Positions 8,832-21,531 are shown, counted from the stretch's first letter. The stretch: DNA of 64,000 nt from Verrucomicrobiota bacterium (GCA_050012855.1 JBEKGJ010000024.1:3682-67681); one strand, 5' to 3'. Numbers and translations are program-made. The notes: generated from the letters alone by a model not told the origin.

Positions 8832-9099
8832 TCGGACCGCGGGCAGGAAATCGGCGGTGCCCGATCACCGGCAAATCGCCTCGTCCTGTCCGGCAAATCA
8901 GTTTGGGGTTGCGCCAGTTCGGCCGCCGCTTGCCGAAAAAGAGGCCGCGGTTGGGACGCCTTGGCGATTAGCCGCGTTGTCAAATCCGCTTGACGTGGCG
9001 CAGATTTTCCCATAGTTGCGTGCAGGATTGAGCCGGTTTTTGTGAACCGGAGGATTTGTTGCGTCCCTTCCGGGGCGTGGCCAACTGAAACTGAACACT

Positions 9100-11577
<2,478 letters not shown>

Positions 11578-11600
11578 GCCCGCTGGACACGGTTTACGCT

Positions 11601-11633
11601 GCGAGTCCCGCGCGCGCGGGACTCGCTTCTTTA
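11601..11633 (+). terminator. Probable intrinsic terminator of hppA
   Basis: Palindrome gcgagtcccgcgcgcgcgggactcgc followed by ttcttta. Confidence 0.6.
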
Positions 11634-11654
11634 TCGCCACCCAGCGCCCGTGAG

Positions 11655-11764
11655 CGGCGCGCGGGTCTGTGACCCGCAGCAGGTTCGCCATGCAGGACAC
11701 GCTCAGAGTGAGCTGCGGCACGGGACAAATCCGGACGTGCTGCGGCTCGCGGAGCCGCGCGCCG
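11655..11764. repeat. REPIN-like element, family A
   Basis: Inverted 27-nt arms cggcgcgcgggtctgtgacccgcagca / tgctgcggctcgcggagccgcgcgccg; sibling at 31567. Confidence 0.75.
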
Positions 11765-11894
11765 TTTGTATCCCCAAAGGCCGCCAAAATCGTGCGCCGG
11801 GGAAACCCGTGTAGTGACGAAGATTTTGACTGCGACACGGGGACGACGCGGGTAGGATGCCGCTGTTGGAACAACCGGGACACCGAAGCCGGAA

Positions 11895-14800
11895 ATGACT
11901 TGCACCGAAATCCTCGAGGCCTTGCGGGCGCTCACGGAGCGCGACCGCGTGGATTTCCTGCCGCTGGCGCCCGCATCCCAACCGCTTTCCCCTTACGCGC
12001 CGATCGCGAAATACCTCCTCGACTTGAAAAACGGCGCGAAACCCGAATCCGCCGCCGAAGATCTGTTTACCGAGCTGTGCAAAGACGTGCTTGGGTTCCA
12101 GCCGACGCGACAGGTTGGCGTCATGGAAGGTTTCGTGGATTTCATGCTGCCGGAGCGGATGGGCGACCCGCTGCCGCTGGAACTGAAGCCCCTTTTCCAG
12201 CGCGACGGCCCGGATGCCCTCTGGCGGGCCGATGCCAATCCGAAGAATCACGTGGCACAGGTCAAAAAGTACCTCCGCGACCACGAATACCTGATCCTCA
12301 CCGACCTCCGCACCGCCTGGTTTTTTGCCGCGCGCGATTTTTCCTTCGAAAACAAACCGTTTGGCGAACTGCCCTTCGTTGATTTTCTGAGCCGTTGCCG
12401 GGAAACCCGCAGCATGCTCGACACCTTGCGGCGCCTCGAAGACACCGCGGAGAAGCCCGAACTCGAGCGGCAGTTCTTCGAAGACCTCCAAATCTGGTTC
12501 AACGAATTCGACAAGGTCAAATGGACGCCGGCCGGGCAGGCCGCCGAATCCATCATCCTGCTGATCAACAAGCTGATTTTCGCCCGCACCATTGAGGACT
12601 TCGGCCTGGTGCCCTATCGCTACACCCAGGACGAATACGCCCGCCACACACGGCACTGGGAGGCCAAAGGCCCGCATCGTATCGTGCCCAAGTTCCTCGC
12701 CGAGTTTGAGGATTTCTTCGACGAATACTACGACACCGAGATTTTCTCCGCCCGCATCTGGGACCGGCTCGACAAGGACCCGGCCAACCTCAAGCGCTTC
12801 TGCGAGAAACTGAACTTCGTCCTCGGCGTCCACACCTGGGACCAGGCCTTCAGCCGCGGCATTGTTCACTACAACTACCGCCGCATTGACGAGGACATCT
12901 TTGGCAAAAGCTACGAAATGTTCCTGGCGTCCAACCGCAAGGACGAGGGCATCTACTACACACCCGCCGGCATCACCGGTCCAATGGCGGATTCGCTGGT
13001 CAACTCGCTCGCCGGGAAACTCGTGGATGAAATCTGCGCCGCCGTGGGCAGCCAGCAATGCGATTTCCAGCGCGCCGACCGGCTCATGGCCCGGCTCGCC
13101 GAAATCCGCGTGGCCGATACCGCCTGCGGTTCCGGCGGTTTCCTCATCAAGGCCCTGCGCGCCTTCTGGCAGCAATACCAGCGCATTGACCAGGCCAGCT
13201 CCTGGATCATCAAGCTGCTGAAGCCCGACAACGGCGAACTCTACCTCGCCGAGATGCCGCCCAACGTCGAGGCCGCCCTCGCTTTCCGCCGCCGCCACCA
13301 GTTCGAGAACCGCCGCATCCTCATCGCGCAGATCCTCCTCCGCCACATCTTCGGCGTGGACAAGGATTCCGGCGCCATCGAGGTCGCCAAAACCAATATC
13401 TGGAAGGAAGCCGTCAAACTCTCACCCGAAGACTACAACTACCGCCTGCTCAAGACCGACATCGTCCGCATCCTGCCCAACCTCGAACTCAACTTTCTTG
13501 CCGCCGATTCGCTCGTGGACGTGGAACTGGAAAAGCAAACCGCGTGGCTGGCGGAATACCATCAGGCCGAGTTGAAGAGACTCGCCGAACTCCGCGCCCG
13601 TTACATCGCCAACCCGATGGTCCACGAGCCGCTGTCGGAGGCGCTCGCCTTGCGCGAACGGCTCCGCGCGGATTTCGTCGAGCATTTCCAGGGCGAGAAT
13701 CTTCCCTGCGAGCCCGGCGGTTTTGCGCTCCATTTCTGGCCCTGCTGGTTCGATGCGGAGGGAACATTGAAGGGGAGCACACGCGCCTTGTGTGCTGCGT
13801 CCGGCGCCCCGCCGGACGCATCGGTCGCGCCCGGAAAGCAAGAGGCGGTCGGCGAGATGCCGACCGCAGCAGCCGGGGCGGCTGCGGTCCCCAAAAATGC
13901 CGCCGGCTTCGACGGCATCATCGGCAACCCGCCCTGGGAGGGCTTCAAACCCATCCGCAAGGAATTCGCCGCCGGCTTTTATCGCGACAAGCCGCAGTTC
14001 AGCAAAATGGGCATGGACGGCCCGACGTTCGAGAAGTGGTTTGACGAGGAATTGAAGGCCAACCCGGAATTCGCCGCCCGCTGGCATGGGCACGAGGCGT
14101 TTTACGAACGCCACAAGGAATATTTCGGGCAAACTTTCAAGAAGCAGGGCACCGGTGACTGGAATTTGTTCAAACTGTTCATCGAGCGCGACCTCTCGCT
14201 CGTCCGGGAGGGCGGACAATTCTCGCTGCTCGTCCCGTCCGGGTTCCAGACGGATGAAGGCTGCGCGGATCTCCGCCGCTGGTTCATCACCGAACACCGC
14301 TTGGATGAATTGACCTCGTTCGAGAACAAGGGCTGGCGAGAGGTTGACGAAGAAGGCAAGGAAAAGCGGAAACAGATTTTCCCGGATGTTCATCCGCAGT
14401 TCAAATTCGGGTTCTTCAAAGTCGTCAAAGGTGAAACGCCAGCCGTGGATCACGCATTTGACGCGCGCTTTTACCTTCACGACCCGAAAGACGTCTTCGC
14501 ACCGCCCATTTCATTTGCAGTTGGAATGATCGCCCAATTCTCACCGATGAATTTTGCCTTCATGGAGTTTCGTTCTTCGGAAGACTATCAACTCTGTAGT
14601 ACAATCCGCGACCGACATGACCTGCTTTACGAACTCGGATTCCGGTTCCGTCGAGAATTTCACATGACTGGCGATGCTGGCCTTTTTCGAAAGGCTAGAG
14701 GGAATAAACCAACAAAAGAGGAATTGGTGCTTTTTGAAGGGAAGATGATCCATCAGTTTGATTCGTCCTTCGCATCCGCTGCCAATTATGTTGGCGAGGA

Positions 14801-15482
14801 AGAGGGCCGCTCCGAGTTGTTACGTAAAGAGCTCTTTCGACTTGCTCAGCTCGTTCGAGATAGCAATATTTCGAAACTCGAGGAACGACCTGTACCAGCC
14901 ACAAGGGCCGAGCTTGAAGCGCTTTTGCTTAGCGTATTCAAATCGAAGCACTTCAAACTTCACTATGAGTGTCCACGATTGGCATACAGATCAGTTGGTA
15001 GAACAACTGACGAAAGAACGCTTATCGCGTCACTCGTTCCAACGAAGGTATTCATGGCCCATTCGCTATATTACCTCGTGCCGCTCTGCTACGGCCTGAG
15101 TGAAACAGGTGAGTTGAAACAGAGTCTGCAAGACCCAGAAGACATCATGGCTGTTCTGTCGCTTCTGAATTCTCTGACTTTGAATTTCTATATTCGCAGC
15201 AAGGTTTCAGCGAATTTGAATATTTCGGCCGTCGAAGAATTACCGATCCCCAAGCTGACCGCCACACAGAAAAGGAAGCTGACCGATTCCGCCGAGAAGC
15301 TGTTGAAAAACCCGGGCTACGTGCCGGAGCGCGCCGCGCTGGAGGTCTTCATCGCCCGCGAGCTTTACGGCCTGTCGCGGGACGACTGGCAACACCTTAC
15401 CGGCACATTCACCTTCGGCAGCGGCGCCACCAAGGAGGAATTGGACGAAATCATCCGCCAGTCCCTCGCGCTCTGGGCATAG
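11895..15482 (+). CDS. Type IIG (Eco57I-like) fused restriction endonuclease / N6-adenine methyltransferase
   Basis: N-terminal VDF..LELK (PD-(D/E)xK), GIYYTP, DTACGSGGF (motif I), FDGIIGNPPW (motif IV), C-terminal TRD-like region. Confidence 0.92.
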   Translation: MTCTEILEALRALTERDRVDFLPLAPASQPLSPYAPIAKYLLDLKNGAKPESAAEDLFTELCKDVLGFQPTRQVGVMEGFVDFMLPERMGDPLPLELKPLFQRDGPDALWRADANPKNHVAQVKKYLRDHEYLILTDLRTAWFFAARDFSFENKPFGELPFVDFLSRCRETRSMLDTLRRLEDTAEKPELERQFFEDLQIWFNEFDKVKWTPAGQAAESIILLINKLIFARTIEDFGLVPYRYTQDEYARHTRHWEAKGPHRIVPKFLAEFEDFFDEYYDTEIFSARIWDRLDKDPANLKRFCEKLNFVLGVHTWDQAFSRGIVHYNYRRIDEDIFGKSYEMFLASNRKDEGIYYTPAGITGPMADSLVNSLAGKLVDEICAAVGSQQCDFQRADRLMARLAEIRVADTACGSGGFLIKALRAFWQQYQRIDQASSWIIKLLKPDNGELYLAEMPPNVEAALAFRRRHQFENRRILIAQILLRHIFGVDKDSGAIEVAKTNIWKEAVKLSPEDYNYRLLKTDIVRILPNLELNFLAADSLVDVELEKQTAWLAEYHQAELKRLAELRARYIANPMVHEPLSEALALRERLRADFVEHFQGENLPCEPGGFALHFWPCWFDAEGTLKGSTRALCAASGAPPDASVAPGKQEAVGEMPTAAAGAAAVPKNAAGFDGIIGNPPWEGFKPIRKEFAAGFYRDKPQFSKMGMDGPTFEKWFDEELKANPEFAARWHGHEAFYERHKEYFGQTFKKQGTGDWNLFKLFIERDLSLVREGGQFSLLVPSGFQTDEGCADLRRWFITEHRLDELTSFENKGWREVDEEGKEKRKQIFPDVHPQFKFGFFKVVKGETPAVDHAFDARFYLHDPKDVFAPPISFAVGMIAQFSPMNFAFMEFRSSEDYQLCSTIRDRHDLLYELGFRFRREFHMTGDAGLFRKARGNKPTKEELVLFEGKMIHQFDSSFASAANYVGEEEGRSELLRKELFRLAQLVRDSNISKLEERPVPATRAELEALLLSVFKSKHFKLHYECPRLAYRSVGRTTDERTLIASLVPTKVFMAHSLYYLVPLCYGLSETGELKQSLQDPEDIMAVLSLLNSLTLNFYIRSKVSANLNISAVEELPIPKLTATQKRKLTDSAEKLLKNPGYVPERAALEVFIARELYGLSRDDWQHLTGTFTFGSGATKEELDEIIRQSLALWA
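13773..13892. repeat. Palindromic REPIN-like element inserted in-frame in the Type IIG gene
   Basis: 120 bp with four hairpins (agcacac/gtgtgct, tgcgtccggcg/cgccggacgca, gcggtcggc/gccgaccgc, gcagccg/cggctgc) and GGGA...TCCCC ends. Confidence 0.75.
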
Positions 15483-15497
15483 CGGCCCGTCCCAGAG

Positions 15498-15575
15498 GTG
15501 GCAGTTGACATGAGTCGGCTCCAATTCTGATGCAGTTTCCCGAGGAGATTTGAGCCGGCTGACGCCAGTTGCTAC
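15498..15575. repeat. Degenerate GTAG-type REP doublet between convergent genes
   Basis: gtggcagttgacatgagtcggctc ... gagccggctgacgccagttgctac. Confidence 0.55.
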
Positions 15576-15625
15576 GAAAGGATGGGTTTCCGAACGGGCT
15601 GACAGGCCCCGCCTGGCAGTGCCCA

Positions 15626-16192
15626 TCACCGCTTGTTTTTTCGGCGCGGCGGGAGGGGTTTCGCCCTTTTCGGCGCGTCCGCCTGCCGGGCCAGCAGCCA
15701 GAGCACATCGGCAAGCCGGTTGAGAAAGACGATGATCTCGTCGTTGCCAAGCTCGCCCAGCTCGTGCAACGCACAGACGCGGCGCTCGGCGCGCCGGCAG
15801 ACGGTGCGGGCCAGGTCGAGCGCGGCGCCAGCGCGTGTCTCGCCCGGCATCACCCAGCCGCTGAACGTGTGACGCGCCTCCAGGTCGGCGGCGAGTCGGT
15901 CGAGTTTCGCCGCCAATTCCGGCGTGACGAGGCGGAACCCGTCCTTCACGTAACGCGACCGGTCGGCCGCCTCCGTGGCCAGTTCACCCATGACGGTGAC
16001 CAGGTCCTGCTGGATGTCGAGCAACTGCCGGCGCAGCGTGCGTCCCCTCGCGACAGCACGGGCCAGGCCGAGGGCGGCATTCAATTCGTCCACGCTCCCA
16101 TAGGCCTCGACGCGCGGGTGGTGCTTCGAGACGCGCCGGTTGTACATGAGGCCGGTGGTGCCGCGGTCGCCGGTTCGGGTGACAATGCTCAT
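15626..16192 (-). CDS. ATP:cob(I)alamin adenosyltransferase, PduO type
   Basis: SIVTRTGDRGTT, EAYGSVDELNA, ARTVCRRAER, FLNRLADVLW. Confidence 0.95.
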   Translation of the reverse strand: MSIVTRTGDRGTTGLMYNRRVSKHHPRVEAYGSVDELNAALGLARAVARGRTLRRQLLDIQQDLVTVMGELATEAADRSRYVKDGFRLVTPELAAKLDRLAADLEARHTFSGWVMPGETRAGAALDLARTVCRRAERRVCALHELGELGNDEIIVFLNRLADVLWLLARQADAPKRAKPLPPRRKNKR

Positions 16193-16353
16193 GGCAGATG
16201 TGTTCGGCTCAAGCCGTGGGCGCAGACTAGCCGAGCCTCCCCGCCCGCGCAAAATTCTTCTGACAACCGGCCGCCCGGCGATGGCCGCCGCGCGCGGCTG
16301 CCGCCCGTGGAAAACAGGCTTGCTTCCGCCGGGAGCGCCTTGAATCTTGGCGC

Positions 16354-16734
16354 ATGGCAGAACCAGACCAATTGCGGGAGTTGTTCCGGATGCAGCGCGC
16401 CTTGAACGAGCGCATCGGCGTCCACACGGAGGGCATGAGCGAGGCGGACCAGGCCAAATGGGTCCTCAATTACTGCCGCGCCATGAGCCAGGAAATCGCC
16501 GAACTCACCGACAGCGTGCCCTGGAAATGGTGGGCGAAATACCAGAAATTCGACGAACAAAACGCGCGCGTCGAGGTGGTGGACCTGCTCCACTTCCTGA
16601 TCAGCCTGGCGCAAGTGCTGGGCATGAGCGCCGATGACATTTTCCAGGCCTATGTGAAGAAGAACGCGGTGAACTTCCAGCGCCAGGAAACCGGCTACGC
16701 CCGCAAGGACGAGGACGATTCGCGCCACATCTGA
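16354..16734 (+). CDS. Dimeric (all-alpha) dUTPase
   Basis: EIAEL..SVPWKWW, EVVDLLHF, KNAVNFQRQETGY. Confidence 0.85.
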   Translation: MAEPDQLRELFRMQRALNERIGVHTEGMSEADQAKWVLNYCRAMSQEIAELTDSVPWKWWAKYQKFDEQNARVEVVDLLHFLISLAQVLGMSADDIFQAYVKKNAVNFQRQETGYARKDEDDSRHI

Positions 16735-16741
16735 CCGCCCC

Positions 16742-17401
16742 ATGACCCGCCCCGCCCTGTCGCCGCCGGCGCCACCACCCCGGATTGCCGGCCGGCCGTT
16801 GGCGTCGCACGCGGTCCGCGTCCCGGCCCGCTGGCGTGCGGAGTTGCGCGCGGTGCTCATCACCGAGGCGCAGATCAAACGCCGGGTCGCCACGCTGGCC
16901 CGGACCCTCACCCGCGATTATGCCGGGCGCGAGCTGACCGTCGTCGCCCTTCTGACCGGCACGGTCGTTTTTCTCGCCGACCTTCTCCGCCGGCTGGAAA
17001 TCCCGTTGCAGCTCGATTTCATGGGCGTTTCCAGCTACCGCAGCGGCACCGAATCCGGCCGGCTGGTTTACACGAAGAAACTGCGACTCGGCATCCAGGA
17101 CCGCGACGTGTTGCTGGTGGACGACATCCTCGACACCGGGCGCACGCTGGCGGGCGTGACCGTGCTCCTGCGCCGGTTGCAGCCGCGTTCGCTCCGCACC
17201 TGCGTGCTGCTCGACAAGCCGTCGCGCCGCACCGCCCCGATCATCGCGGATTACACCGGCTTCGTGATTCCCGATCTGTTCGTGGTCGGCTACGGACTGG
17301 ATTTCGCGGAGCGCTACCGGAACCTGCCGTTCATCGGCGTCCTCCGGCAACCACGGGCAAAAGTTCGCGGCAGGTCGCACGATTCGGCATCGCCCGCCTG
17401 A
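16742..17401 (+). CDS. hpt: Hypoxanthine phosphoribosyltransferase
   Basis: DFMGVSSY, VLLVDDILDTGRTL, LLDK, FVVGYGLDFAERYRNLP. Confidence 0.95.
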   Translation: MTRPALSPPAPPPRIAGRPLASHAVRVPARWRAELRAVLITEAQIKRRVATLARTLTRDYAGRELTVVALLTGTVVFLADLLRRLEIPLQLDFMGVSSYRSGTESGRLVYTKKLRLGIQDRDVLLVDDILDTGRTLAGVTVLLRRLQPRSLRTCVLLDKPSRRTAPIIADYTGFVIPDLFVVGYGLDFAERYRNLPFIGVLRQPRAKVRGRSHDSASPA

Positions 17402-17402
17402 G

Positions 17403-17816
17403 TTAGGGCGCGTCGTCCAAACCCGGCGGCACCGGCAACACCGGTTTCTCCGGCCGCGTCGCGCCGCCGTCAATCCACGACAGCCAGCGGGCAATCAGTC
17501 GTTCGGCCGCGAGGCGATCGAACCCGCGATGAACCACCGGGTATTTCGCCAGGTGGCCACGGGCGAGGCGCAACAGCGCGGCCGCCGGACCGGGCCGCCC
17601 CTTCTCCAGGTGGACAAACGCCGCTCCGAGCTGGATCAGCCCCTTGTAGAAATCGCCGTCCGGAACGCGCCGCCGCGGCAGCCAGTCGGCTTCGAGGACC
17701 TCGTGCGACTCGAAAAAACGTCCCGCGTTGAAATGCGCGAAAAAAGCGCGATAACCCGGCGGCGCGTCGGCGCCAGGATCATCACAGTGTACTGCCGCGG
17801 TGGTCTTCTCCATCAC
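17403..17816 (-). CDS. DUF309 family protein
   Basis: FNAGRFFESHEVLE..W and YKGLIQLGAAFVH. Confidence 0.85.
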   Translation of the reverse strand: MMEKTTAAVHCDDPGADAPPGYRAFFAHFNAGRFFESHEVLEADWLPRRRVPDGDFYKGLIQLGAAFVHLEKGRPGPAAALLRLARGHLAKYPVVHRGFDRLAAERLIARWLSWIDGGATRPEKPVLPVPPGLDDAP

Positions 17817-17916
17817 GCCTCCAAGAAACCGCGCCTCGCCCGCAAGTCAAGCGGGCGCCAGTGCTGCGCCCCAATTCGTGTTGCCGGACGGACGGATTTT
17901 CCGCCATGCTCCGCGC

Positions 17917-19212
17917 ATGAACTCGATCACCCGCCGCCAGTTTCTCGGTTCCACCGCGGCCGGCACGGCTGCGCTCAGCCAGTTCGGCCAGCTCGCCACC
18001 GCCGCCGACACCGCACCCGATCACAAGCTGAAGCTCGGGCTGATCGGCTGCGGTTGGTATGGACTGGTGGATGTCGAAGCGGCCTTCAAGGTCGGCGGCG
18101 TCGAAGTCGTCGCCCTGTGCGACGTGGACAGCGCGCACCTGGGCGCGGCGGCGGACAAGGTCGAGAAACTCCAGGGCAAAAGGCCGCAGACTTTCAAGCT
18201 CCACGAGGAATTGCTCCAGGCGCCGGGCCTCGAGGCCTTGATTATCGCCACGCCTCCGCACTGGCACGCGCTTCCGTTCATTGCGGCGATGGCGCGCGGG
18301 CTGGACGTGTATTGCGAGAAACCGCTGGCTTACGACATCCGCGAGGGGCGCGCGATGGTCGAAGCCGCGAAGAAAAGCGGTCGCGTGGTGCAGATTGGAT
18401 TCCAGCGCCGGCAAAGTCTGGCATTCCAGGCGGTGCGGCAGCACATCCTTGACGGCCAGGCGGGCCGGATCGTGAGCGCCGAACCGCAGATCCATTACAC
18501 CGCCGGCACCGCCGATCCCACGCCGCAGGCTCCGCCCGCCACGCTCGACTGGGACCGGTGGTGCGGACCGGCGCCGAAAATCCCCTACAGCCCGCAGGTG
18601 GGTCACATGAACTGGCGTCTCGAGAAGACCACCGGCCACGGCCATTTCGTGGACTGGGGCATCCATCTCATCGACGCCACCCGCTTCATCCTGGGTCTGG
18701 GCACGCCGCGCACGGTCAGCGCCAGCGGCGGCCTTTACGCGCTCAAGGACAAAATCACGACGCCGGATGTGTTCAGCGCCCATTTGGAGTTCGACGCCTG
18801 CCCCGTCACGTGGCGTCACCACATCTGGGGCGCGGAGGAATTCGATCCGGATGTTTCCAACGGCATCTTCTTCTACGGCGAGAAGGAAACCATCTTCGCC
18901 ACCGACGACCACTGGACCGTCATTCCCCGCGGGAAAAACAAGGAGCGCCAGGAACACACGACCCCGGCCGACACCGGCACGTTGCACATGGCCGACTTCC
19001 TCGCCGCGGTGCATGCCCGCCGTCAGCCAGTCTGCCTGATCGAAGACGCCTTCCGCTCGACCGCCACGGTGAAGCTGGCGATGATCGCCTATGACACCGG
19101 CACGAAAATCACCTGGGACGAGAAGGCGGAGGACATCGTTGGCAACCCGGCCGCTTCGGCGTTGCTGAAGCGCGAGTACCGTGCGCCGTGGAAACATCCT
19201 TCACACGCTTGA
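17917..19212 (+). CDS. Tat-exported Gfo/Idh/MocA oxidoreductase
   Basis: TRRQFLG, GLIGCGWYG, IATPPHWH, VYCEKP, DWGIHLID. Confidence 0.93.
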   Translation: MNSITRRQFLGSTAAGTAALSQFGQLATAADTAPDHKLKLGLIGCGWYGLVDVEAAFKVGGVEVVALCDVDSAHLGAAADKVEKLQGKRPQTFKLHEELLQAPGLEALIIATPPHWHALPFIAAMARGLDVYCEKPLAYDIREGRAMVEAAKKSGRVVQIGFQRRQSLAFQAVRQHILDGQAGRIVSAEPQIHYTAGTADPTPQAPPATLDWDRWCGPAPKIPYSPQVGHMNWRLEKTTGHGHFVDWGIHLIDATRFILGLGTPRTVSASGGLYALKDKITTPDVFSAHLEFDACPVTWRHHIWGAEEFDPDVSNGIFFYGEKETIFATDDHWTVIPRGKNKERQEHTTPADTGTLHMADFLAAVHARRQPVCLIEDAFRSTATVKLAMIAYDTGTKITWDEKAEDIVGNPAASALLKREYRAPWKHPSHA

Positions 19213-19237
19213 CCGGCGGCAGGCAGCATCCTGACTT

Positions 19238-19514
19238 GGTGGGGCGAGGCTCTGACGAACCGGCGGGGACGCCCCACCGACACGCCCAATTGGGTGGGTC
19301 GCGGACCGCTGGGCCTGCCTGTGCGGATCGACACGCAGACAGGCCGCGACATCTCCCGGCCGCCCGGCGGTCGGCCGGCCACCACGCATGGCAGCGGCGA
19401 ATTACGAGGTTGGAGCGTCGAAGTGCGGAGTTTGCCCCGACCCTCCTCCGGTCGCTCAACTCTCAACCATCACCCATCAACCTGATTGCGGCTCGCGGGG
19501 ACGCTTGCCCCACC
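19238..19514. repeat. REPIN-like element, family E, containing a heptamer repeat tract (19455-19482)
   Basis: Arms ggtggggcgaggctctgacgaacc / ggctcgcggggacgcttgccccacc; a sibling arm lies at 38922. Confidence 0.6.
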
Positions 19515-19582
19515 CACAAGTCAATTTGGACATTGCCCGGCTGCGCCTTGTCCCACCGCCGCCGGCGTTATTCGGTTTCGGC

Positions 19583-20734
19583 ATGAAATCGTCAGCCGAT
19601 TTTCGCTTCCTGCGTCTGGCGCTGCGCCTGGCGCAACGCGGCCGCGGACAAACTTCGCCGAACCCGATGGTCGGCGCGGTCCTGGTCCGGGCAGGCAAGG
19701 TCATCGGCCGGGGCTGGCATCATCGCGCCGGCAATCCGCATGCCGAAATCGAAGCGTTGCGCGATGCCGCGCACCGCGGCGAGCGCGTTCGCGGGGCCAC
19801 GCTCTATGTGACCCTGGAACCGTGTTCGAGCCACGGTCGCACGCCGGCGTGCACGGACGCCGTCATCGCCGCCGGTCTGCGGCGGGTCGTCGTGGCCGCC
19901 ACCGATCCCAACCCGCAGCATGTCGGCCGCGCCTTCGGCCTCCTCCGGCGCGCCGGCATCAAGGTGGATCATGGCTTGCTGGTGGCGGAGGCAACGCGTT
20001 TGAATGAGGCATTCAATCACTGGATCGTCCACCGCACGCCGTGCGTCATCGTCAAGGCAGCCATGTCGCTCGACGGGCGGATCGCCACCGCCAGCGGCGA
20101 ATCGAAATGGATCACCGGGGAAGCGGCCCGCGCTCATGGCATGAAGCTGCGGTTGGATGCGGACGCTGTGCTCGTGGGCATCAACACCGTGCTGGCCGAC
20201 GATCCCAGCCTCACGTTGCGGCTCCCGTTGTCCGGGCAGCCGCCGCCCAAACCGCTCCGGCGAATCATCCTGGATTCCCTGGCCCGCACGCCGCCTTCCG
20301 CGCGGGTCGTCACGGATGACGCCGCCGCCCTGACGACCATCGTGGTGACCCGGGCCGCGCCCGCGCGACGCGTGGCGGCATTGGCCCGCCGCGTCCGCAT
20401 GCTCGTGGCGCCCCGCGCCCGCGAGCGGGCACATGCCGCCGGCGCCGGCCCGCCGCGGATTGATCTGCGGTGGTTGATGAAAAAGCTCGGCGCTGAAGGT
20501 GTGACCAACCTGCTGGTCGAAGGCGGCGGCGAAGTGAACGCGGCGTTTCTGGAACAGCGCCTGGCCCATCGCGTCGCGTTTTTTTACGCGCCGATGATCA
20601 TCGGCGGTCGTTCGGCGCCGCGCGGCGTGGCGGGAACGGGCGCGACCGGATGGAGCGATATTCTCCGATTGCGCGACGTCAAACAGCGCCGGCTCGGTGC
20701 CGACCTGTTCTTCACCGCCGGCGTTGGTCAATGA
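19583..20734 (+). CDS. ribD: Bifunctional riboflavin deaminase/reductase
   Basis: PNPMVG, HAE, TLEPC..GRTPAC, SLDGRIA, SKWIT, LLVEGG. Confidence 0.96.
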   Translation: MKSSADFRFLRLALRLAQRGRGQTSPNPMVGAVLVRAGKVIGRGWHHRAGNPHAEIEALRDAAHRGERVRGATLYVTLEPCSSHGRTPACTDAVIAAGLRRVVVAATDPNPQHVGRAFGLLRRAGIKVDHGLLVAEATRLNEAFNHWIVHRTPCVIVKAAMSLDGRIATASGESKWITGEAARAHGMKLRLDADAVLVGINTVLADDPSLTLRLPLSGQPPPKPLRRIILDSLARTPPSARVVTDDAAALTTIVVTRAAPARRVAALARRVRMLVAPRARERAHAAGAGPPRIDLRWLMKKLGAEGVTNLLVEGGGEVNAAFLEQRLAHRVAFFYAPMIIGGRSAPRGVAGTGATGWSDILRLRDVKQRRLGADLFFTAGVGQ

Positions 20735-20763
20735 GAAGCGGACAGACAGCCTGGAAATAGTTA

Positions 20764-20792
20764 TTGACCCATTCGTCCGATCACTTTAGTTT
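20764..20792 (+). promoter_or_regulatory. Candidate sigma70 promoter
   Basis: TTGACC-17 nt-TAGTTT in an AT-rich gap. Confidence 0.45.
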
Positions 20793-20853
20793 TTTGAGTA
20801 ATTAAGAAACACAAGTTTGTGCGCCCAAAACCGAAAAGCAAACCGACGAATCC

Positions 20854-21531
20854 ATGAAAACAGAACTTGATCGGGTTAAGAATGACCTCGAGACGATGCA
20901 GAAGGCCCTCGGACTGGCCCCGTCCATGAAGCGCGAGTGGATTGGGTGGATGAAACGCGACCAGTGGTTCAGCCTCTGGTGGTGCCTTCCCGGGGTGATC
21001 CTGATCGCGGCGTCACTGTTGCCGCTCGACCCGGCCAGGCGGTTTGCCGGGCTCGCCCCCGGCCAGTGGGTCGGACTCCTGGTGGCGACCGTCATGCTCG
21101 CGATCGCGACCGTCCAGACCCGAAAAGTGACGGCCCAGGATGGCCGTCCAGCGGGGTTGATCCGGGAATCGAAACGGATCAACGGAATGAGTGCCGAGGG
21201 CTTGTGGTTCGGCCTGGCGAGTGGCGTGCAACTTTTACTTTATTTCATCTGGGGCAGACAATACCAAATCGGCCTCGAACCATTCTGGGCGGGTCTGTTT
21301 CTGCTCATGGGATCCTCGTATCTGGTGGCAGCCGTGGCGGCGAAAGCGTGGACGTTGCTGGGGTGGGCCATTCCATTTCTGGGCTACAGTCTCTGTCTGC
21401 CGCTCGTGCAGGGCCATGGCAAAGTAAACGGCGTTCTGTTGGGAATGATGTTTATCGCGGTTGCCTTGTCGTTTTCCGTCATCGCGGTCGTGCAAATTCG
21501 GCTGCTGGAGCGCCAACATGACGCCGATTGA
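20854..21531 (+). CDS. Hypothetical membrane protein (about six TM)
   Basis: Hydrophobic segments; overlaps the downstream wHTH gene. Confidence 0.75.
   Translation: MKTELDRVKNDLETMQKALGLAPSMKREWIGWMKRDQWFSLWWCLPGVILIAASLLPLDPARRFAGLAPGQWVGLLVATVMLAIATVQTRKVTAQDGRPAGLIRESKRINGMSAEGLWFGLASGVQLLLYFIWGRQYQIGLEPFWAGLFLLMGSSYLVAAVAAKAWTLLGWAIPFLGYSLCLPLVQGHGKVNGVLLGMMFIAVALSFSVIAVVQIRLLERQHDAD

Noticed and set aside
8990-9016. Promoter for hppA (TTGACG...CATAGT)
   Set aside because: The spacer is only 15 nt and the -10 match is weak, so it is not supportable
13773-13892. Intein or intron in the Type IIG gene
   Set aside because: It is too short, lacks intein C/S...HN termini and shows no group I/II intron features; a palindromic repeat explains it better
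19213-19582. FMN riboswitch upstream of ribD
   Set aside because: No RFN consensus segments were recognised; the region is explained by REP arms and heptamer repeats
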